A DNA stretch of 64,000 nt from Clostridia bacterium (GTDB taxonomy: Bacteria; Bacillota; Clostridia; Saccharofermentanales; DTU023): assembly GCA_040767365.1 (NCBI GenBank), contig JAXGOR010000001.1, positions 158,298 through 222,297 of the forward strand, written 5' to 3'. Positions 1 through 12,100 of the stretch are shown piece after piece. Each line of letters begins with the position of its first letter. Within the stretch, counting starts at the first letter, position 1. The notes beneath the pieces are model-generated. The model saw only the letters and a list, made by a program, of their open reading frames with translations. It searched no databases and was not told where the DNA came from. The translations under genes and the position numbers were made by a program.

Positions 1-1
1 C

Positions 2-553
2 CGCATGGGGGGGCCTGGCCTGGCCCCTGATTCCGGAGAAACGCTTGACGGCTTCACGAAGATCCCGGACACCCTCATAGTTGACAGCCTCCACCAGGCA
101 GGCCTCCTGCCTGCCCTCCTCCGGCCCGATCACGGTTCGGATGCCCTGGTCACCCAGGGCCAGGAGCCGGCTGATCAGGCCTTGTACAGGCTTGATCCGG
201 CCGTTGAGGGCCAGTTCACCCAGGAAGGCCGGGCTGGGCCGGCCGGCCGGCGCCACGATCTGGGAGGAGGCGGCCAGGATGGCCAGGGCCAGAGGCAGGT
301 CGAAGGCGCTCCCCTGCTTGGGGAGGGAGGCCGGGGCATAGCTGGCGATGACCCGGCCCTTGGGGAAATGATAACCACTGTTGCAAAGGGCAGCCCTGAC
401 CCGGTCACGTGATTCGCGGATGGCCGGGTCCCCCCTGCCCGATATGTCAAAATTGGGAAGTCCCGGCAGGATGGACACCTCGATCTCGACGGGCACGCCG
501 TCCAAGCCGGTCAGGGCGCAGGAGGTCAGTCGATGGTAGGCCGGCGCTTGCAT
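2..553 (-). CDS. comM: YifB/ComM family Mg-chelatase-like AAA+ ATPase, N-terminal part (runs off left edge)
   Basis: Not in the ORF track because there is no stop in the window. Manual translation from ATG at 553: MQAPAYHRLTSCALTGLDGVPVEIEVSILPGLPNFDISGRGDPAIRESRDRVRAALCNSGYHFPKGRVIASYAPASLPKQGSAFDLPLALAILAAS, the characteristic ComM/YifB N-terminus. Confidence 0.85.
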   Translation of the reverse strand, partial: MQAPAYHRLTSCALTGLDGVPVEIEVSILPGLPNFDISGRGDPAIRESRDRVRAALCNSGYHFPKGRVIASYAPASLPKQGSAFDLPLALAILAASSQIVAPAGRPSPAFLGELALNGRIKPVQGLISRLLALGDQGIRTVIGPEEGRQEACLVEAVNYEGVRDLREAVKRFSGIRGQARPPHA

Positions 554-702
554 GTCCCCATTGTCGATACCGGGCCTGCCCCTCTTTTTCAGACCTCCGG
601 CCCCCGGCCGCCGGTCCCGGACGATTCGACAGCCTGCTTCCGGTCTTTTGGTGTTATCATGTTGGTCAACGGGGCCTTATTCGCAATGTAAGGGGTGTGC
701 CC

Positions 703-1791
703 ATGAAAATAGGTATCGTAGGACTGCCAAATGTCGGTAAAAGTACACTCTTCAACGCCCTGACAGGATCGTCGGCCCTGGTCGCCAACTACGCCTTCAC
801 CACCATCCAGCCCAATCTCGGTGTCGTCCCCCTGCCTGACGGACGGCTCGACCTCCTTTCGACCATGATCCAGACGGGCCGGGTCGTCCCGGCCACCCTG
901 GAATTCGTCGACATTGCCGGCCTGGTCGAGGGGGCCAGCCTGGGTGAGGGCCTGGGCAACCAGTTCCTGTCCCATATAAGGGAAGTCGATGCCCTCCTCC
1001 ACCTGGTCCGCTGTTTTGAGGATGAAAGCCTGAGCCAGGTCATGGGGAGCGTCGACCCAGTCCGGGATTTCCAGATCGTTGAAACAGAACTCCTGCTGGC
1101 CGACCTGGCCCATCTGGAAAAGCGCCTGGCCAGGATGAGCCGGGCCGCCAAGAGCCAGGATCCCAGGGTCCTGGCGGAGGTGGCCCTGGTCGAAAGGCTC
1201 ATGGAGCACCTGAACCGGGGGGAGCCGGCCAGGAGCTTCAAACCGGACCGCCTGGAACCCCATTTCCTGGAAGGACTCAGCCTCCTCACCCTGAAGCCGG
1301 TCCTGGTCGCCGCCAATGTCAGTGAACTGACCGATCTTGAGACTGACCCCTGCCTGGGGGCCATGGTTGATTTCGCGGGGGGGCTGGGGGTACCCATCCT
1401 GCCTGTGGTGGCGGGGATCGAGGCGGAGATCGCTGAATTGCCGGCAGATGAGCAGGCCCTCTTCAGGGAGGAACTGGGCTATCCCGAGAGCAGCCTGGCC
1501 CGTGTCATCCGTGAAGGTTTCCACCTGCTCGATTTGATTTCATTCTTTACGGCAAATGAGAAGGAGCTCCGGGCCTGGACCGTGAAAAGGGGAACCCAGG
1601 CTTCAAGGGCCGCCGGTATCATCCACTCCGATTTTGAGCGGGGCTTCATCCGGGCCGAGGTCATCGCCTTTGAGGACCTGAACCGGTCAGGTTCCCTGAC
1701 GGCCGCGCGCGAGAAGGGCCTCATGCGTTCGGAGGGCAGGTCCTACCTCATCCAGGACGGCGATTACGTCTTCTTCAGGTTCAATGTCTAG
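703..1791 (+). CDS. ychF: Redox-regulated ATPase YchF (Obg family)
   Basis: [49 protein letters not shown]-terminal FRFNV. Start moved to ATG 703. Confidence 0.97.
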   Translation: MKIGIVGLPNVGKSTLFNALTGSSALVANYAFTTIQPNLGVVPLPDGRLDLLSTMIQTGRVVPATLEFVDIAGLVEGASLGEGLGNQFLSHIREVDALLHLVRCFEDESLSQVMGSVDPVRDFQIVETELLLADLAHLEKRLARMSRAAKSQDPRVLAEVALVERLMEHLNRGEPARSFKPDRLEPHFLEGLSLLTLKPVLVAANVSELTDLETDPCLGAMVDFAGGLGVPILPVVAGIEAEIAELPADEQALFREELGYPESSLARVIREGFHLLDLISFFTANEKELRAWTVKRGTQASRAAGIIHSDFERGFIRAEVIAFEDLNRSGSLTAAREKGLMRSEGRSYLIQDGDYVFFRFNV

Positions 1792-2420
1792 GAAGCTCCC
1801 GGGCGCGGGCCTTTGAAGGGGATGCCCCGCTGGCCCAGTTCCTGCCTCAGGAGCTCCAGGACCTCTCTTTCCAGTTCAATCAGGCTGCCGTCATTGACAA
1901 TTTCGTGATGGGCTAGGTCACGGTACTCCTCCCGGGTCATCTGGACCTGCATGCGGCGGCGGGCTTCCGCCTCCTCCATGCCGCGCCGGGCCAGCCTTTC
2001 CAGCCGGAGTTCACGATCGGAGGCCACCGTCCACACCTGGTCGGAGACATCGAGGAAACCGCGTTTGACAGGGAGGGGGACATCCAGAGCCGCCACCTTG
2101 GTTTTCTTCTCCTCCAGCTCCCGGAGTCTTTCATCCATGGTCCGGACCACATCCTCATGGATGATGGCGCTCAACCTGTCCAGAAAGCGTTTATCGCTGA
2201 AGGCCCGTCCGGCCACCCGCTTCCTGTCCAGCGACCCGTCCTCCCTCAAGAGTTCCCCACCAAGGGCGTCCGCGATTTTCCGGGTGGTCGCGCCCGCCTC
2301 CGAGGTCAGGGCATGCGCGATCGAATCCGCGTCGATGACGGGGATACCGACCGAACGCAGGATGGAGGCGACCGTGCTCTTGCCGGTGCCTATTCCGCCT
2401 GTAATGCCGATGACAAACAT
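1788..2420 (-). CDS. coaE: Dephospho-CoA kinase
   Basis: IGITGGIGTGKSTV P-loop, VIDAD; directly downstream of polA as is typical. Confidence 0.95.
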   Translation of the reverse strand: MFVIGITGGIGTGKSTVASILRSVGIPVIDADSIAHALTSEAGATTRKIADALGGELLREDGSLDRKRVAGRAFSDKRFLDRLSAIIHEDVVRTMDERLRELEEKKTKVAALDVPLPVKRGFLDVSDQVWTVASDRELRLERLARRGMEEAEARRRMQVQMTREEYRDLAHHEIVNDGSLIELEREVLELLRQELGQRGIPFKGPRPGAS

Positions 2421-2421
2421 C

Positions 2422-5025
2422 CTAGATCATAGCCCCCCAGGTCCGGCCCTTCTTGGTCCCCGCCACAAGAGGCACATCCAGGCTCATAGCTCCCTCCATG
2501 GCTTCCTTGAGCAGCTCCCCTGCCCTCCCGGCATCCTTCTCCCCCGCCTCCAGGATCAGTTCGTCGTGGACCTGGAGGATGATCGCGGCATCCAGCCCCT
2601 CCTCCCTCAGGGTCTGGTCCACCTGGACCATGGCCATCTTGATCAGGTCGGCCGCCGTCCCCTGGACGGGCGCGTTCATGGCCGCCCGGAGGCCGAAATT
2701 ATAGACATTCCGGTTCTGAGACTGGAGTTCGGGCACATAGCGCCTGCGGTGGAAGAGAGTCTCGACATAGCCCTGCTCCTTGGCCGCCTCCCCCTGCTTG
2801 TTCAGCCAGGCCTCAACACCCGGGTACTTGGCGTGGAAGCGTTCAATGAAGCCGTGGGCCTCCTGGAGGCCGATACCCAGGTCCCGTGAAAGACCGAAAT
2901 CGGATATGCCGTAGGTGATGCTGAAATTGACGGTCTTGGCCACGGCCCGCTCGGCGGGCGTGATCTCATCCTCCTCCTTGCCGTAGAGGGTGGAGGCCGT
3001 CACCCGGTGTACGTCCTTCCCCTCCAGGAAGGCCCGGGTGAGATTCTCATCCTTGGAAAGATGGGCCAGGAGGCGGAGTTCTATCTGGCTGTAGTCGGCG
3101 CCAACCAGGAGCTTGCCGGCCGGGGCGATGAAGAATTCCCGTATCCGGCTTCCCCTTTCCGTCCTGACGGGGATATTCTGCAGATTGGGATTGGAGCTGG
3201 AAAGCCTGCCGGTCGCGACGACCGCCTGATTATAGGAGGTGTGGACCCGTCCGTCCTCCGCGATCTCCTTCTTCAAGCCCTCCAGGAAGGTTCCCCGGAG
3301 CTTGGAAAACTCCCTGTATTCCAGAATCTGATCAATGATGGCATGGTAGCCCTTGAGCCGGTCCAGTTCACTGGCCGCCGTACTGTACTGGCCGCTCGGC
3401 CCCTTCCGCCCCGTAGGCAGTTTCAGATCCTGGTAGAGGACCTCCGCCAGCTGCTGGGGTGAGTTGATATTGAAGGGACGGCCGGCCTCCTGGTAGATGG
3501 CGGTCTCCAGGCCCTCCAGTTCCGCGGCCATTTCCGCGGAAGCCTCCTCAAGGGCCTCAAGATCAATCAGGACCCCCTTGCGCTCCATATTGGCAAGTAT
3601 GCCCACCAGGGCGGTCTCAACCTGGTAGAGGCGGTCCAGCCCCCTCGGGGTCAGGTCTTCCCGCTGTGACCTCAAAGCGGCAGGAAACTGGAGGGCCAGC
3701 TTTTTCTTCCCTTCCCAGGGATCCGCCAACAGGGGCAGGGCCTGGTCCTCCCCTTCCTGGAAGTCCCGGCCCAGGATGGCCCGGAGGGCGTAGTCGATGT
3801 CATCGCCCCGGCCAAGCTGATTCAGGAGATAGGCTCCAATCATAAGATCCGCAACCGGCCTGACCGGCGCTTTCCGGTCAGCCTTCCTCAGCTGTGATTT
3901 GAAATCCCAGGTTACAAAGCTTGCCCCCTCCCTGTCCAGGAGGTCCAGGACCACTTCCGGCTCCCGGATCCTGACACAGGCCCCCTCGGTCGCCAGGATG
4001 CCGTCCCCAGCCCCATCGGGAAGGAAGAAGGCGTAATCCGCCTCGCTCCCTCCCTCGGCCAGAAGTTCCTCCGGACTTTCAAGTAGCCTGACCGCTTCCA
4101 AAGCAGGGGCCTCCCCCTCCTCCCCCCCGGTCCGGCTGAGCCCCAGCCGGTCCATGAAGGAACGGAAATCCAGGCGGGTCAAGAGCTCAGTAAGGGCTCC
4201 CTCATCGACAAGGTCGGCCGCGGTGACCTCCAGGAGGCTGTCAGCCTGGGGCAGGGGGGCCTGACGGCTGATGGCCGACAGGTCCCGGGAAAGATAGGCC
4301 GCCTCCCTGTCCCGCTCCAGATTGGCCAGGAGGGCCCCCTTTTGCTCATTCAGGTGCTGGTAGACCCCATCAAGTGACCCGTAGCGCTGGATCAGGCGGA
4401 GGGCCGTCTTGGCGCCAACCCCCTTGACTCCGGGGATATTGTCGGAGGCATCCCCCATGAGGGCCTTGACGTCAAGCCACTGCTCCGGCCCGACCCCGTA
4501 TTCCTCCCGCATGGTCTCCGGGCTTATGGTCTCACTCACGGAACCGTCCTTTTGTGTCGTCAACAGGAGGACCGCCGTCCTGTCTGAGACAAGTTGCAGG
4601 GCGTCCCGGTCACCGGTCACGATCGTGACCCGCATGCCGGCCTCCTCACCCTTGCGGGCCATGGTCCCGATCAGGTCATCAGCCTCATAGCGGTCGAGGC
4701 CGACCGGCTGGAAGCCCAGGGCCTCCAGCAGGTCGCGGGCCACGGGGATCTGACGGGCCAGATCGTCGGGCATGGGCCGCCTCCCCGCCTTGTAGGCTTC
4801 ATATTTATCGTGCCGGAAGGTATCGCCCGGCCTGTCCATGGCCGAAACAATGTGGGTGGGGCCGACTGCCTCCTTGTATTTAAGCAGCATATTGGTGAAG
4901 GCAAAGAGGGCCCCCGTCGGGAAGCCGTCGGGTGCCGTCAGCCGGCTCCGGCCGGCAATCCCATAGAAGGCGCGGTTCATCAGGCTGTGTACATCAAACA
5001 GCAGGAGGGTTTCTTTGTGTGACAA
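2422..5025 (-). CDS. polA: DNA polymerase I
   Basis: 5'-3' exonuclease motifs (YEADD, GDASDNIPGV); polymerase motifs ATGRLSSSNPNLQNIP, DYSQIELR, QVHDEL. Confidence 0.98.
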   Translation of the reverse strand: MSHKETLLLFDVHSLMNRAFYGIAGRSRLTAPDGFPTGALFAFTNMLLKYKEAVGPTHIVSAMDRPGDTFRHDKYEAYKAGRRPMPDDLARQIPVARDLLEALGFQPVGLDRYEADDLIGTMARKGEEAGMRVTIVTGDRDALQLVSDRTAVLLLTTQKDGSVSETISPETMREEYGVGPEQWLDVKALMGDASDNIPGVKGVGAKTALRLIQRYGSLDGVYQHLNEQKGALLANLERDREAAYLSRDLSAISRQAPLPQADSLLEVTAADLVDEGALTELLTRLDFRSFMDRLGLSRTGGEEGEAPALEAVRLLESPEELLAEGGSEADYAFFLPDGAGDGILATEGACVRIREPEVVLDLLDREGASFVTWDFKSQLRKADRKAPVRPVADLMIGAYLLNQLGRGDDIDYALRAILGRDFQEGEDQALPLLADPWEGKKKLALQFPAALRSQREDLTPRGLDRLYQVETALVGILANMERKGVLIDLEALEEASAEMAAELEGLETAIYQEAGRPFNINSPQQLAEVLYQDLKLPTGRKGPSGQYSTAASELDRLKGYHAIIDQILEYREFSKLRGTFLEGLKKEIAEDGRVHTSYNQAVVATGRLSSSNPNLQNIPVRTERGSRIREFFIAPAGKLLVGADYSQIELRLLAHLSKDENLTRAFLEGKDVHRVTASTLYGKEEDEITPAERAVAKTVNFSITYGISDFGLSRDLGIGLQEAHGFIERFHAKYPGVEAWLNKQGEAAKEQGYVETLFHRRRYVPELQSQNRNVYNFGLRAAMNAPVQGTAADLIKMAMVQVDQTLREEGLDAAIILQVHDELILEAGEKDAGRAGELLKEAMEGAMSLDVPLVAGTKKGRTWGAMI

Positions 5026-5056
5026 TGGGGGACTCCTTAAATAGTTCGGGCCTGGG

Positions 5057-6994
5057 TCAGGATTGGGCCGCCTTATCCGATTTCAGCTGGAGCGGCAGGG
5101 TGGAATCATAGGGGATATTGGGCAGACGGCTTAACATATAGGATTCCGACTGGTCGGCGCTACCCTCCAGGGCTGACAGGAGCTGGCAGAGGAACTCATT
5201 CAGGCCCGTCTCCTTCTCATTGATCAGGCCCTTGAGGATCTGGATCTCCTGGCCCAAAAGCGCGGGGTCGTCGATCTGGGAGAGGATATTGATCTTCTTG
5301 TGCTCTGTCCGGATAATCATTTCATCCTCCAGGAAGAGCTCCTCCTTCATCTTCTCACCCGGCCTCAGGCCCACGTACTCGATGGGGACGTCGACGTCCG
5401 GGATCAGTCCCGAGAGCCTGATCAGGTCGCGCGCCAGATCATCAATCCGGACCGGTTTGCCCATGTCCAGGATGAAGATCTCCCCTCCCCGGGCGTAGGC
5501 TCCCGCCTGGAGCACCAGGCTGGAGGCCTCGGGGATAGTCATGAAGAAACGTTCCACATCGGGATGGGTGACGGTGACCGCCCGCTTCCCCTTGATCTGT
5601 TTTTCGAAGAGGGGGATGACGCTGCCACTGCTCCCCAGCACATTGCCGAAGCGGACCGCCGAGAAGGAGGTGTGGGGCCAGTATTTGTTGAGCATGAGGA
5701 TGACGATCTCACACAGCCGCTTGGTCGCGCCCATGACATTGGTCGGGTTGACCGCCTTGTCCGTGGAGATGAGGACGAAGCGATCCACCCCGTAGCGGGC
5801 GGCTGTAAGGGCCGTATTGTAGGTTCCGTAGATATTGTTCTTGACCGCTTCACCCGGACTGTCCTCCATGAGGGGCACATGTTTATGGGCGGCCGCATGG
5901 AAGACGACCTGGGGCCGCCAGCGCTCAAATACCTCAGCCAGGCGCTTGGCGTCCCGCACCGAGCCGATCAGGACCTTGAGGTTGAGGGCCTTGCCATGGC
6001 GGGCGATCAATTCCTGCTGGAGTTCGTAGACGCTGTTTTCACAGATATCCAGCAAAATCAGGACCCGGGGCTGGAAGGTGGCAATCTGGACTGCCAGCTC
6101 CGCCCCGATCGAACCGCCGCCACCCGTGACCAGGACCACCTTGCCCTTGACGAAGCGGCTCACCCGCTCCATATCGTAGTTGACGGGTTCCCGGCCCAGC
6201 AGGTCGTCAATCTGGATATCCCGGACGTCGGACAGGTGGACCCGGTCCTTGCTCAATTCCGAGAAGAAAGGCAGGAGCCGCACCCGGCAGTTGGTCTGGT
6301 GGCAGATTTTCAGGATATTGCGGAGGGTCTCGCTGGGGGCGGAGGGAATGGCCACGATGATCTCATCGATCCGATATTCCTCGGCCAGCCTGACGATATC
6401 GTTCCTGTCCCCCAGGACGGGGACCCCGTTGTTCTTGTAGTTCAGGATCAGCGGATTGTCATCGACGGCCAGGATGGGGACCCGGAGCGACTGCGTTGAC
6501 TTGAGCTCGACAATGATCTGGCCACCTGCCTGTCCGGCGCCCACGATCATGACCCGGATCCGTTCCTGCCCCCGCTGCCTCCTCTTGACCCGGCTGATCT
6601 GCCGCCGGGCCTGGTAGAAGCGGTAGAAGATCCGGATGGCGAAAACGGCCGAGGTGAGTATGAACCAGTAGGTGATGTAGACGGCCAGGGGGAAATTCCG
6701 ACCCAGGATCTGGAGCGCGCCTACGGACAGGGCCAGCTGGAGGATGGTCCCCGCGATTAAAACCAGGTACTGCGAACCACGGGCATAGGGCCACATCTCC
6801 GTGTAAAAACCGCTGACACGGAAACAAACCCCCGCGATCAGGGCAAAGATGTACCAGGTCAGCTTCAGGTTCTCGAACATATTCGCCGGCAGGGTGCCCT
6901 CATAAAAAATGAAGACGGCCAGGCCAAGCGATACCACGCTCGCCGCCAGATCATAGACGATCAGGAAGAGTTTTTTTGGTGTCAGTTGACGCAT
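5057..6994 (-). CDS. CapD/PglF-type membrane-anchored nucleoside-diphosphate sugar 4,6-dehydratase
   Basis: Four N-terminal TM segments, VTGGGGSIG, HAAAHKHVP, ISTDKAVNPTNVMGATK, VRFGNVLGSSGSV, GLRPGEK. Confidence 0.9.
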   Translation of the reverse strand: MRQLTPKKLFLIVYDLAASVVSLGLAVFIFYEGTLPANMFENLKLTWYIFALIAGVCFRVSGFYTEMWPYARGSQYLVLIAGTILQLALSVGALQILGRNFPLAVYITYWFILTSAVFAIRIFYRFYQARRQISRVKRRQRGQERIRVMIVGAGQAGGQIIVELKSTQSLRVPILAVDDNPLILNYKNNGVPVLGDRNDIVRLAEEYRIDEIIVAIPSAPSETLRNILKICHQTNCRVRLLPFFSELSKDRVHLSDVRDIQIDDLLGREPVNYDMERVSRFVKGKVVLVTGGGGSIGAELAVQIATFQPRVLILLDICENSVYELQQELIARHGKALNLKVLIGSVRDAKRLAEVFERWRPQVVFHAAAHKHVPLMEDSPGEAVKNNIYGTYNTALTAARYGVDRFVLISTDKAVNPTNVMGATKRLCEIVILMLNKYWPHTSFSAVRFGNVLGSSGSVIPLFEKQIKGKRAVTVTHPDVERFFMTIPEASSLVLQAGAYARGGEIFILDMGKPVRIDDLARDLIRLSGLIPDVDVPIEYVGLRPGEKMKEELFLEDEMIIRTEHKKINILSQIDDPALLGQEIQILKGLINEKETGLNEFLCQLLSALEGSADQSESYMLSRLPNIPYDSTLPLQLKSDKAAQS

Positions 6995-7046
6995 GGGGGT
7001 GATAAGGAGCTGGAGGACCGGCTTACAGCTCTTGTGTCCTCACTGT

Positions 7047-7277
7047 TCAGGCAGGATTTTCTTCGCTGGCCGCGGCTTCCTCTTCGCCCAGGAAGCTGTT
7101 GATATCATCGAGCAGGAGATCGACACTCAGGCCGTGCGCCTGGCAGGCCTGCTCGATCGTCTCATTGGCGGCCAGCATGCAACCGATGCAGTGAAGGCCA
7201 TGCCTCATGAGCCGGCCGGCCACGTCAGGGTGCATCTGTAAAAGGTCTAATATCATGGTATCTTTATTGGCTTTCAT
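7047..7277 (-). CDS. DUF1858 family small protein
   Basis: HGLHCIGC..A..ETIEQACQAHG signature. Confidence 0.85.
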   Translation of the reverse strand: MKANKDTMILDLLQMHPDVAGRLMRHGLHCIGCMLAANETIEQACQAHGLSVDLLLDDINSFLGEEEAAASEENPA

Positions 7278-7431
7278 AGGTTATCCCTCTATTCTTGTCT
7301 GCAAATTTCTGCTTGCTCAGATGTTAACGCATTGGGAAGACTTATTTCAAGAGATCGGGACCGGTTCATCACCAGGATCGTCAAAAAACATCCAATCCGG
7401 TCCTTTTGTTACATGCATAGGGGTCAAAGGC

Positions 7432-7460
7432 TTGACAAGACAGTCTTTGAACAGGATAAT
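7432..7460 (+). promoter_or_regulatory. Sigma-A type promoter of hup
   Basis: TTGACA(7432-7437)-17 nt-GATAAT(7455-7460) upstream of AAGGAGG RBS. Confidence 0.7.
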
Positions 7461-7493
7461 AGGCAATGAATATTGCCGGAAGGAGGCTCCCAA

Positions 7494-7769
7494 ATGAATA
7501 AAACCGAACTGATTAATGCGGTGGCTGCCGAAACACAGCTGAGCAAGAAGGACAGCGAAAAAGCTGTTTCTGCTGTTTTTAACGTCATCACCGAAGAACT
7601 GGCAAAAGGAGAGAAGGTTGTCCTGGTTGGCTTTGGCACTTTTGAAGTCCGACATCGCGCCGCGCGCAAAGGCCGTAACCCCAGCACCAAGGAAGAGATC
7701 ATGATCCCCGCCGCTAAAGCGCCGGCATTCAAGGCAGGCAAGGGACTGAAGACGAGAGTCAATGGTTGA
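7494..7769 (+). CDS. hup: DNA-binding protein HU
   Basis: [11 protein letters not shown]...[18 protein letters not shown]...[10 protein letters not shown]; AAGGAGG RBS before ATG 7494. Confidence 0.97.
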   Translation: MNKTELINAVAAETQLSKKDSEKAVSAVFNVITEELAKGEKVVLVGFGTFEVRHRAARKGRNPSTKEEIMIPAAKAPAFKAGKGLKTRVNG

Positions 7770-7791
7770 TCGTCAAGCCGAAAGGACTTTC

Positions 7792-7827
7792 AAAGGGGCT
7801 GTCGTCGCGGACAGCCTCTTTTCTTTT
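7792..7827 (+). terminator. Intrinsic terminator after hup (possibly bidirectional)
   Basis: AGGGGCTGTC-6 nt loop-GACAGCCTCT followed by TTTCTTTT; lies between convergent genes. Confidence 0.75.
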
Positions 7828-7831
7828 CCCC

Positions 7832-8485
7832 CTATTCCCCCTCTTCCTCCAACCTGTCCAGGACAGCCCTGACCTCCTCCGTCAGCCGGGCGATGGTCCG
7901 CCCCACGGGCAGGCTGACCTCCCCTTCCGGAAGGAGCCTCTCCCCCTCCCCGCCCGGGCCGGACCCCTCCCGCCTGGCCAGGTCATCCAGGAGATAGCGG
8001 ACATTCCTTTCGATCTGATGGGCCTTCAACCTGTACTGCCTGGCCATCTCAGGATACAGACGTTTGCTGACCGGATTCAGGAGGGAGATGTCCGTCGCCG
8101 TCATCCTCAGGATGTCACCCAGGAGCCGGTAGCCACGTAGCTGGGTATTCCAGTCGTAGCGGTCCAGCACCAGGTCGGTGGCCCTCCTGACCCGGAGCCT
8201 GCCCGCCTCCTGCCTGTCTGTCTGCCGATTCAGGAGCCGGTCCGCCGTCGTCATGATTTTTCTCGCGGCGAAGGGGGAACCCTTGCGGGCATCCACCAGA
8301 TAGTGCACCCGGCCGGTCGAGTCCAGGACCCCGAAGACACCCCGGCGGTTGAGAAGGTCCTCCACGTGGTTCAGGAGTTCGCGGTTGGAGGCAACCAGGT
8401 AGAAACCGAACTCACTGGCTGGTCTCCTCGTCAATTCGCGCTGTTCGGATGCCATATCGGAATCGATGGGGGGCTGACGGAGCAT
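7832..8485 (-). CDS. Spo0A C-terminal (DNA-binding) domain protein without a receiver domain
   Basis: LRGYRLL..ILRM...LLNPVSKRLYPEMARQY...QIERNVR aligns by eye with Spo0A IKGYQYL...ITKELYP.IAKKY...RVERAIR; strong AGGAGGAGG RBS. Confidence 0.75.
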   Translation of the reverse strand: MLRQPPIDSDMASEQRELTRRPASEFGFYLVASNRELLNHVEDLLNRRGVFGVLDSTGRVHYLVDARKGSPFAARKIMTTADRLLNRQTDRQEAGRLRVRRATDLVLDRYDWNTQLRGYRLLGDILRMTATDISLLNPVSKRLYPEMARQYRLKAHQIERNVRYLLDDLARREGSGPGGEGERLLPEGEVSLPVGRTIARLTEEVRAVLDRLEEEGE

Positions 8486-8562
8486 GACTTCCTCCTCCTG
8501 TAGGCATTATGGAAGAAGGGGCCCCTTTCTTTTTCGATCAGGCCGAAAGTGGCCCCGCCGGC

Positions 8563-12016
<3,454 letters not shown>

Positions 12017-12100
12017 AGCTGTCTCCTATCTCCATGGGCCGGCCAACCGGCCGTATTTTTATTCCTTTGTCAGTATAGCACCGGCAATAACCCGGTCCGA

